Both the position numbers and the translations under genes were made by a program. Below the pieces are notes generated by a model. That model made no database searches. It was not told the DNA's origin and worked only from the letters and a program-made list of their open reading frames with translations. From NCBI GenBank assembly GCA_030684405.1, contig JAUXYA010000032.1, forward strand, positions 108,992 to 172,991: 64,000 bases of DNA, written 5' to 3'. Positions 18,814-28,053 of the stretch are shown here, in pieces. Source of the DNA: Burkholderiales bacterium (GTDB lineage: Bacteria > Pseudomonadota > Gammaproteobacteria > Burkholderiales > SG8-41). Positions within the stretch are counted from its first letter, which is position 1, and the number at the start of each line of letters is the position of its first letter.

Positions 18814-20034
18814 TTGAAGATAAGTTTGGCGCGGCAGCCTTTGCAGGGAGTAACTGTTCTTGATCTCGGTCAGATATACAACGGGCCCTATGCCACTTTT
18901 CTGATGGCGATGGCTGGCGCACGCATCATCAAGATTGAGCCCCTCGAGGGGGAGTCGTTGCGTCAACGAACTCTGATCGGTGGTGCGGCGTTGCCGTTTG
19001 CGATGCTTAACTCGAATAAGCAGGCGGTTACGTTGAATCTCAAGACCAAGCGCGGTCGTGAGCTTCTTTTTGACATGGCTCGCCGCGCAGATGTCTTGCT
19101 GGAGAACTTCCTGCCGGGGAAGCTGGAAAAACTAGGGATTAGTTATGAAGTATTACAGGAGCTAAACCCACGCTTAATTTTCGCGTCGAGTTCAGGCTTC
19201 GGTAGTACTGGCCCCTATAAAGAATACCCTGCAATGGACATTACCATTCAGGCGATGTCGGGCGCGATGAGTGTCACGGGATTCCCTGATGGCCCCCCTA
19301 CCAAAGTTGGCCCTGCACTTTGCGATTTCTCGTGTGGAGTGCATCTTTATGGGGCAGTCATGACAGCGCTTTATGAAAGAGAGAAAACCGGTCAAGGGCA
19401 AAAGGTAGAAGTGGCAATGCTTGATGCCATTTATTTCTCGCTTGCATCGAGTCTCGGCTTGTATTTCAGTTCAGGGAATTATGGTGGGCCTATCAACTTC
19501 CCGCAGCGAACAGGCAATAGCCATAGCGGAAAGGCTGCCGCCCCCTACAGTGTTTATGAGGCGAGCGATGGGCATATCACCATACTCTGCACCAACAACA
19601 AGCACTGGGTTTCCTTGGTTAAAGCGATGGGGCGGGAAGAATTGGCGACCGATCCACGATTTGATACGCCGAAGAAGCGTGCTACCAACAGTGCTCAAGT
19701 GGATGAGATTGTGGGGACGTTTGCCGCACGGTACAAGCGTGAAGAGTTATTCAAGTTGCTCCTTAAGCATCAAGTCCCCTGTGCTCCGGTAAGGGATTTG
19801 GCAGAAATAACCAACGATCCCCATTTGCATGAGCGAGGTATGCTGGAGTGGATGGATCATCCGAAGTATGGCCGTATCGCGGCAGCTCGTAGCCCGCTTC
19901 GGTTCGGAGACCAGGCGCTGAATAAGCTTGTCCCGAGTGCGGAATTAGGGGCGCAAAATCAAGAGATTTTCGGGGACTGGCTGGGGCTCCCTAAGGAGGA
20001 GCTGGAAAAATTGCAAAAAGAAGGCGTTATCTGA
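18814..20034 (+). CDS. family III CoA-transferase (CaiB/BaiF family)
   Basis: 406 aa with a TTG start 3 nt after the hydratase stop. LQGVTVLDLGQIYNGPYATFLMAMAGARIIKIEP. Confidence 0.9.
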   Translation: MKISLARQPLQGVTVLDLGQIYNGPYATFLMAMAGARIIKIEPLEGESLRQRTLIGGAALPFAMLNSNKQAVTLNLKTKRGRELLFDMARRADVLLENFLPGKLEKLGISYEVLQELNPRLIFASSSGFGSTGPYKEYPAMDITIQAMSGAMSVTGFPDGPPTKVGPALCDFSCGVHLYGAVMTALYEREKTGQGQKVEVAMLDAIYFSLASSLGLYFSSGNYGGPINFPQRTGNSHSGKAAAPYSVYEASDGHITILCTNNKHWVSLVKAMGREELATDPRFDTPKKRATNSAQVDEIVGTFAARYKREELFKLLLKHQVPCAPVRDLAEITNDPHLHERGMLEWMDHPKYGRIAAARSPLRFGDQALNKLVPSAELGAQNQEIFGDWLGLPKEELEKLQKEGVI

Positions 20035-20071
20035 GGCGTGAGAAAAGCGAAATGAAGAAATTATGATGTTA

Positions 20072-20947
20072 TTAAGAGGGGCGGCTTAATTCAATAATTT
20101 CGTGAGCAGTCTTCACCATCGCTTCATCCACCATATATCCTTTGTAAGTCACAGCAGCAATGCCTTGCTTACGCGCATCGTCCATCACCTGAATCAACCC
20201 CTCGTAGTAAGCAATCTCGTCGGCAGAAGGAGTGAAGACGCGATTCACGATGGGGACATGGGAGGGATGCATGACCGTTTGCCCTCTGAACCCCAACTGG
20301 CGATTCCAACGAGCGTCCCGCTCCAGCCCTTCAACATCTTTGATATTCCACCACGAGCTGATCGTCGGGTATTGGATGCCAGCCGCGCGGCATTCCAACA
20401 CTGTCCTCGACCTAATAAAAAGCGTCTCCATTCCTTCCTTTGACCACTGGTATCCAATCGCCCGCGCCGCGTCCCCACCAGGACCTGCCGCCAGACTTAC
20501 CCGTGTCACTCTTGGGCAAGACGTCGCAATATCGTAAACATTTCGCATCCCCTTCGCCGTCTCGCAGTTGAAAGGGGTTTCGATGGTGCCTGGCGTGATA
20601 CCCATGCGCATTTCGAGATGCGTAAGCAACACATCCAACTCGCGCATATCATCGACATTTTCGACCTTAGGGATCGTGACCGCGGTTAACTCGGGGCACA
20701 TGATGCCTTCGAGGTCATCGAGCGTGAGACCGGTAACGAAAGGGTTGATGCGAACCGTTACGGCCTGTCCACGCACCTTCAGTGCAGCAACAGCCGCCTT
20801 CACCAAGGGGCGGGCAGCGACCTTCTCCTGATCGGGCACTGAGTCTTCGAGGTCAAGAATGAGGCAGTCAGCGCCATAACCCGCCGCTTTCTCCATCCAA
20901 GCCGCACGGTTGCCGGGAACATACAACATTGAACGATAGGGTTTCAT
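20072..20947 (-). CDS. HpcH/HpaI aldolase / citrate-lyase beta-subunit-like (CitE-like) acyl-CoA lyase
   Basis: ATG at 20947 gives MKPYRSMLYVPGNRAAWMEKAAGYGADCLILDLEDSVP, the CitE/malyl-CoA lyase N-terminal signature. Confidence 0.85.
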   Translation of the reverse strand: MKPYRSMLYVPGNRAAWMEKAAGYGADCLILDLEDSVPDQEKVAARPLVKAAVAALKVRGQAVTVRINPFVTGLTLDDLEGIMCPELTAVTIPKVENVDDMRELDVLLTHLEMRMGITPGTIETPFNCETAKGMRNVYDIATSCPRVTRVSLAAGPGGDAARAIGYQWSKEGMETLFIRSRTVLECRAAGIQYPTISSWWNIKDVEGLERDARWNRQLGFRGQTVMHPSHVPIVNRVFTPSADEIAYYEGLIQVMDDARKQGIAAVTYKGYMVDEAMVKTAHEIIELSRPS

Positions 20948-21305
20948 AGAAGGACTTACCCTGAGTGACAAGCTTTTTCTGAACCAAAAATGACGAAACT
21001 ATCTTTTGATAGTAATGGCGGGAACTCTACTGAATGAATTTGGTAACCACCTGATCGATATTCAAGATGGGGTATATGCAGTTGCCCCGGGCTTTATACC
21101 GCGTTCTTTAAATTGTCCCACCTGCCGACGAAGAAAAGGTGTTGATGGTCCATGACTATTCCGGCAGCGCATGCTGGACTCCAGCAGCGACGCTCTCTCA
21201 TTTTGTGGAATGGCTTATAGGATAACGCAAAAATTGTGACGGCAAGCCGTGACCGGTGGCCTGTGGTCCGTAACGCAGCGCCGAGCGGCGCTCACCCGCC
21301 TATTG

Positions 21306-22277
21306 CTATTGCGGCTGAATTCCGATTTTTTTGAACAGTGGAATCCATTTGCCGCGCTCAGCCTTGATATAGGCTGTAAATTCCTCCGGCGTGCTGCCGA
21401 TGGGGTCGATGCCCAGCGCGGACAGGCGGTCTTTGACTTCGGCAATAAAAATCGCCTTTTTGGTTTCCTGTTGCAGCCGGTTGACCACCGGACGCGGCGT
21501 GCCGGCGCGCACGGCCAAGCCGTTCCACGAAGTGGCGTCATAACCGGCAACGCCGCCTTCGGCGATGGACGGCAGATCCGGCAGCAACGCAGAGCGTTTG
21601 GCGGTGGTGATGCCGAGCGCACGCAGCTTGCCGGATCTGACATGGCCGATAGAGGATGCGATCTGGTCGAAGGCAATCTGCACCTGGCCGCTCAACAGGT
21701 CGGTCATCATCTGACCACTGCCCTTGTACGGGACGTGCACGATGTCGATGCCGGCCAGCGCCTTGAACAATTCCGCAGTGACATGCGTGGCGCCGCCCAC
21801 GCCCGAGCTACCGAAGGAATATTTTCCCGGCTGCGCTTTGGCCAGCGTCACCAGTTCCCTGACTGACTTGGCGGGCAGCGATGCCGGAACAGTCAGGATC
21901 AGCGGCAGCGAACCGATCTGCGTCACCGGTGCAAGATCCTTTTCTGCACTGTAAGGCAGCTTCGCATAGAGGTAATGATTGAATGCCATTACGCCAGTTG
22001 ATGCCATTAACAGGGTGTAACCATCCGGATTGGATTTGGCGACGACGTCGGCGCCGATGTTGCCACCGGCACCACTGCGGTTATCAACAATCACCTGCTG
22101 ACCGAGGGCTGTCGTGAGTTTTTCGCCGACGATGCGCGCGGTCACATCGGTCGAGCCGCCGGGCGCGAAACCGACGACCAGGCGTAGCGGCCTGACCGGA
22201 TATTCCTGTGCGGCAAAAGCCGAGCCTATACAGGCTGCGCAAACACCGAGCGCCAGTGCGCGGATCATACTGTTCAT
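21306..22277 (-). CDS. Bug-family (TctC-like) periplasmic substrate-binding protein
   Basis: 323 aa. Signal peptide ending AFAAQ, then YPVRPLRLVVGFAPGGSTDVTARIVGEKL. RBS AGGAGG. Confidence 0.9.
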   Translation of the reverse strand: MNSMIRALALGVCAACIGSAFAAQEYPVRPLRLVVGFAPGGSTDVTARIVGEKLTTALGQQVIVDNRSGAGGNIGADVVAKSNPDGYTLLMASTGVMAFNHYLYAKLPYSAEKDLAPVTQIGSLPLILTVPASLPAKSVRELVTLAKAQPGKYSFGSSGVGGATHVTAELFKALAGIDIVHVPYKGSGQMMTDLLSGQVQIAFDQIASSIGHVRSGKLRALGITTAKRSALLPDLPSIAEGGVAGYDATSWNGLAVRAGTPRPVVNRLQQETKKAIFIAEVKDRLSALGIDPIGSTPEEFTAYIKAERGKWIPLFKKIGIQPQ

Positions 22278-22445
22278 GCTCTCTACCTCCTTGAAGTGCA
22301 GTCAGCATACCCCACTAAGTCGAAGGGTACTGCAAGTCGAACTCCGCCGGACGTATTGCGTATAGGAATTTGAAATCACTTTTTCCCACTCGGCGACTAT
22401 ATCGCCGGCCCGACAGATTCCGCAGGATAACTTGTGATGGGGTAA

Positions 22446-22521
<76 letters not shown>

Positions 22522-22636
22522 CCGTGCTGCGAGGCGCTACTGAAACTGCTGCGGAAGGGATTTTCACCCGCAAGTCAGGCTGGGCGAAAGGGCGCTATTT
22601 AAACCTCAAAAGCGTTTTGCGTCAAGGCAATAGCGC

Positions 22637-22939
22637 TCATCCGCAGACCAGCTGCTGCGCCAGGCAGATGGCGCGGCGGCCCTGAATCAGCAGCAGGCCG
22701 GCGAGTATCAGCAGGATGAAGGTGACGAAGGGCACATGCGCGTCGACAACGAAACGAGGCGTGATGAGGCGGGTGCCCTTGACCAGCGGCTCGGTGCCTT
22801 TCTTGAACAGCTGGTAGATGAAATTCTGTTCGCGGGCCGACCCGCCGAGGATGTACATCGCCCCGCGGCCGATCAGCAGATAAAGTGCCACCTGCACCAG
22901 CGCCAGCAGGATGGAAACGACGGTGTATTCGATGGGCAT
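22637..22939 (-). CDS. small integral membrane protein (possibly YggT-like)
   Basis: ATG at 22939 inside ORF 22637..23152 gives 100 aa with two hydrophobic helices. The central TEPLVKGTRLITPRFVVDAHVPF resembles the YggT motif. The family call is tentative. Confidence 0.5.
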   Translation of the reverse strand: MPIEYTVVSILLALVQVALYLLIGRGAMYILGGSAREQNFIYQLFKKGTEPLVKGTRLITPRFVVDAHVPFVTFILLILAGLLLIQGRRAICLAQQLVCG

Positions 22940-22985
22940 GTTCGCAGTGTCCGTACGGTCTGCCCCATTGTAAGCGCAGCCCCCC

Positions 22986-23017
22986 AAAAAAAAGAAACCC
23001 CGCCAAAGCGGGATTTC
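22986..23017 (-). terminator. strong rho-independent terminator (minus strand)
   Basis: The minus-strand RNA is GAAAUCCCGC-UUUG-GCGGGGUUUC, a 10-bp stem with one mismatch, followed by U8 (plus-strand A8 at 22986-22993). Confidence 0.8.
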
Positions 23018-23114
23018 TTGAACAACCGATGATCCAAGGGAGGGAGGGCACGGGAGGGAACCATCGATTCCCTCCTGTTCGTTCACCTTCCAGGTGGCTA
23101 TGTATTCGCGAAGC

Positions 23115-23148
23115 CTCAAATAAAGAAGCCCCGCTTTCGCGGGGCTTC
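23115..23148 (-). terminator. rho-independent terminator of groESL
   Basis: The minus-strand RNA is GAAGCCCCGC-GAAA-GCGGGGCUUC followed by UUUAUUU. The stem is at 23125-23148. Confidence 0.85.
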
Positions 23149-23233
23149 CCATCCTTGAGGAAGGAGGCGCGGGGGAAACCTGGGTTTCCCCTGCACGATA
23201 TCCTCCCGCAGGGAATGTAATTCGCGAAGCGGA

Positions 23234-25209
<1,976 letters not shown>

Positions 25210-25279
25210 GGGTAATACTCCTCAGATCAGTTAAGTGAAACGAATAAAAACCGGGTTCTACCGCGAGCGGTGCTGGCTG

Positions 25280-25306
25280 TTAGCACTCAGCTCTAGCGAG
25301 TGCTAA
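25280..25306. promoter_or_regulatory. CIRCE operator (HrcA binding site) of groESL
   Basis: TTAGCACTC-AGCTCTAGC-GAGTGCTAA is a perfect match to the consensus TTAGCACTC-N9-GAGTGCTAA. It lies 71-97 nt upstream of the groES start. Confidence 0.9.
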
Positions 25307-25334
25307 TAATAGGGATTTACCGGCCACAAAGCAA
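25306..25334 (-). promoter_or_regulatory. putative groESL promoter (sigma70-like; also loosely sigma32-like)
   Basis: The minus strand reads TTGCTT-N17-TATTAT (-35 at 25329-25334, -10 at 25306-25311) immediately upstream of CIRCE. CTTGCTT...CCCTATTA is also loosely sigma32-like. Confidence 0.5.
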
Positions 25335-25358
25335 GAGGGGCGGCAACGCCGCCCCTCT
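25334..25358 (-). terminator. GC-rich hairpin terminating the upstream hypothetical gene
   Basis: AGAGGGGCGGC-AAC-GCCGCCCCTCT, an 11-bp perfect stem, 62 nt after the stop at 25420. On the minus strand it is followed by UGCUUUGU. Confidence 0.55.
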
Positions 25359-25419
25359 GGGTGTGAGTACTGACTAACCTGCTGTTACTCAATAATATGT
25401 TTAAAAACAATGAGTTGCA

Positions 25420-26079
25420 TCACGTCTTTGACTGAGGCACCGGCAAGGCCCGATGGACAGGGAAACCAAAGCGGTAAACCGTCCTGCGTTTGCCACTGCA
25501 GGCCGGTGGAACCGGCAAATGCGGGCAGGGCGAAGGTCGGCGGCCCTCCTGGGTCAGCGTCGCATCGTCCGCCAACTCCTTCCAGATACCGCCGCAGACC
25601 GGTCGGAAAGACCACAGCAGGTAACCGCGGTTGGCGGCCAGTTCGACCAGATCATCAGTATCCGGCGCATCGGACACCGCCACCTGCGCGCCATTAACGC
25701 TGTGCGGATAGGCGCCGAAAGCCTGCAGGCATTCCAGCGCCTCGGTAGCGGCCGCGCCCGGACGCAGGCAGGCGGGTTGCTCCGAACGCGCTACATCCCA
25801 GGCGCCGAGTTCCCAGCCGGCGTCCATCGCCGCACGATCCACTGCTACCAGATCATGCCAGCGCTCGTTCAACTGTAACGTCGAACTCGGGATCGAGGTG
25901 TAGGCCACGGCCTCCGCCTCTTCCAGGTCAACGAGCTTCTGCTTGATGAAGCCATGCCAGTGCAGCGTCAGGATCACCGGCGTATCGGGACAGGGCACAG
26001 CGGCAAGTGTGATGCCAACCAGGGGCAGGCCGGTGGCGGTCATCTGGCTTTCGATGCGGTCGAGGATTTGCATGCGCAA
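25420..26079 (-). CDS. hypothetical protein
   Basis: 219-aa ORF in the expected coding frame between groESL and bioA. I recognise no motif. Coding status rests on length, codon pattern and the downstream hairpin. Confidence 0.5.
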   Translation of the reverse strand: MRMQILDRIESQMTATGLPLVGITLAAVPCPDTPVILTLHWHGFIKQKLVDLEEAEAVAYTSIPSSTLQLNERWHDLVAVDRAAMDAGWELGAWDVARSEQPACLRPGAAATEALECLQAFGAYPHSVNGAQVAVSDAPDTDDLVELAANRGYLLWSFRPVCGGIWKELADDATLTQEGRRPSPCPHLPVPPACSGKRRTVYRFGFPVHRALPVPQSKT

Positions 26080-26254
26080 ACATCTCCTTGTGTGCTGTTA
26101 AACTGCAACAATCACTACACAGAAACATCAGAGCAAATTCGGTGCCACTGCTGAGGCGCCGGCCCGACCCGCATCGCGCCGCGGCACACCAGGCATGACT
26201 GCCGGGGTGTTTGTGGGTCGAACGGCAAAAAGTATTCGACAAGGCCCACCCGAA

Positions 26255-27577
26255 ATGCAAACCAGCACTCGCAACACTGTGCTGCTAAAACGCAGCCGCA
26301 CCGCAGTGTGGCACCCCTGCACCCAGATGAAGCAGCACGAGACGCTGCCGATCATCCCGGTAGCGCGCGCGCAGGGCTGCTGGCTATACGACTGCGACGG
26401 CAAGCGCTACCTCGATGCCGTCAGTTCCTGGTGGGTCAACCTTTTCGGCCATGCCGAGCCGCGCATCAACGCCGCGCTGATCGACCAGCTGCAGACGCTC
26501 GAACACGCGATGCTCGCCGGCTTCACTCACGAACCGGTAGTCCGGCTCTCCGAGCGCCTTTCGGCGAAGACCGGTGGTGCTCTCGGCCACTGCTTCTACG
26601 GCAGCGACGGCGCCTCGGCCACCGAGATCGCGCTGAAAATGAGTTTCCATTACTGGCGCAATACCGGCCAGCCGGCGAAGACGGAATTCGTGAGTCTCGC
26701 CGGCAGCTATCACGGTGAAACCCTGGGCGCGCTGTCGGTGACCGATGTCGCGCTGTTCAAGGATACCTATGCGCCACTGCTGCGAGCGAGCACGCAGGTG
26801 CCCAGCCCCGACTGGCGGCAGGCCGCGTCCGGTGTGTCGCCGCGTGAGCATGCGATCGCCTGTGCGCAGGCACTGGAGCGCCACCTCGAACAGCATCACG
26901 CCGCCACTGCCGCACTGATCATTGAGCCGCTGGTGCAAGGCGCCACCGGCATGGCGATGTACGACGCCGAGTATCTGCGTCAGGCGCGCCTGCTCTGCGA
27001 CCGTTACGGGGTACACCTGATTGCCGACGAGATCATGACCGGCTTCGGCCGCACCGGCAGCTTCTTCGCATATGAACAGGCTGGCATTGTTCCGGATTTT
27101 CTCTGTCTGTCGAAAGGCATCACCGGCGGCTACCTGCCACTGTCGGCGGTGCTGGCCACGGACCGGGTATACGAGGCTTTCTACGACGACGAAGTCACCC
27201 GTGGCTTCCTGCACTCGCATTCGTACACCGGCAACGCGCTCGCCTGCCGCGCCGCACTGGCGACGCTGGACATCTTCGAGCAGGACCGCGTCATCGAAAC
27301 AAATCGCGACAAGGCAGCGCGCATGACCGCGCTGACCCGGGAGCTGTCCGCTCATCCACGGGTCCGTGACTTCCGCAACACCGGCATGATCTGGGCCTTC
27401 GAGGTCGAGGCTGCCGGCCCCGGCTTCGGCCGCCGTTTTTTCGAGGCGGCGCTCGAGCGCGAACTGCTGCTGCGACCGATCGGGAACACCGTTTATTTCA
27501 TGCCGCCGTACTCCATCAGTGACGACGAGATGGGTCTGCTTGCCGAGCGTACGCTGGACTTGGTCGAATCCCAATGA
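26255..27577 (+). CDS. bioA: adenosylmethionine-8-amino-7-oxononanoate aminotransferase
   Basis: ATG at 26255. VWHPCTQMKQHETLPIIPVARAQGCWLYDCDGKRYLDAVSSWWVNLFGH, followed by class III aminotransferase motifs (ADEIMTGFGRTG, LSKGITGGYLPLS). Confidence 0.93.
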   Translation: MQTSTRNTVLLKRSRTAVWHPCTQMKQHETLPIIPVARAQGCWLYDCDGKRYLDAVSSWWVNLFGHAEPRINAALIDQLQTLEHAMLAGFTHEPVVRLSERLSAKTGGALGHCFYGSDGASATEIALKMSFHYWRNTGQPAKTEFVSLAGSYHGETLGALSVTDVALFKDTYAPLLRASTQVPSPDWRQAASGVSPREHAIACAQALERHLEQHHAATAALIIEPLVQGATGMAMYDAEYLRQARLLCDRYGVHLIADEIMTGFGRTGSFFAYEQAGIVPDFLCLSKGITGGYLPLSAVLATDRVYEAFYDDEVTRGFLHSHSYTGNALACRAALATLDIFEQDRVIETNRDKAARMTALTRELSAHPRVRDFRNTGMIWAFEVEAAGPGFGRRFFEAALERELLLRPIGNTVYFMPPYSISDDEMGLLAERTLDLVESQ

Positions 27578-28053
27578 GCAGCCTGCGCATCATCTCCGGC
27601 GGCCAAACCGGCGTCGACCGCGCGGCACTGGATGCGGCGCTCGCGGCAGGCATCCCCTGCGGCGGCTGGTGTCCGGGCGGGCGCATGGCCGAAGACGGCC
27701 CGCTCGTCGCGCGTTATCCGCTCACCGAAATTCCCGGCAGCGGCTACATTGAGCGCACCCGCGCCAATGTCGCCGACAGCGACGGCACGGTGATCCTGCA
27801 CGGCGACAAGCTCGAAGGCGGCACGCTGCAGACCCGGCTGTTCTGCAGCGAGCTCGGCAAGCCCTGCCTGGTGATCGCCCGCGAAACGACTGACATCGCC
27901 GGCGCCGCCACCGCGATCGCCGAGTTCGTCGCGCTGCATGGCATCCGCTCGCTCAACATCGCCGGCCCGCGCGCGAGCAAGCAACCGCAGATCTACGACT
28001 GGGCCCATGCCGTCATCAGCCGGCTGCTCGAACGGAAAAAGGCCATCGCATGA
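27574..28053 (+). CDS. cpYpsA-type SLOG-superfamily protein (annotated in databases as putative molybdenum carrier protein)
   Basis: 159 aa. IISGGQTGVDRAALDAALAAGIPCGGWCPGGRMAEDG...RTRANVADSDGTVIL...LNIAGPRAS matches my memory of Pfam PF12694. Its ATG overlaps the bioA stop (ATGA). Confidence 0.75.
   Translation: MSSLRIISGGQTGVDRAALDAALAAGIPCGGWCPGGRMAEDGPLVARYPLTEIPGSGYIERTRANVADSDGTVILHGDKLEGGTLQTRLFCSELGKPCLVIARETTDIAGAATAIAEFVALHGIRSLNIAGPRASKQPQIYDWAHAVISRLLERKKAIA

Larger units (their letters stand above)
11766..21300. other. compositionally distinct low-G+C block (putative horizontally acquired metabolic island)
   Basis: Sampled 60-nt lines inside the block hold 26-34 G+C (lines 12001, 17401, 19081). 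Flank lines hold about 40 (line 9001). The boundaries coincide with intergenic regions after the ABC ATPase and before the Bug gene at 21306. Confidence 0.6.

Noticed and set aside
22278-22445. Integrase or phage remnants next to the 3-prime end of tRNA-Phe.
   Set aside because: No ORF with integrase-like motifs is present. The region holds only the promoter and RBS of the Bug gene and a short hairpin. The island hypothesis is kept, but it has no mobility-gene support.
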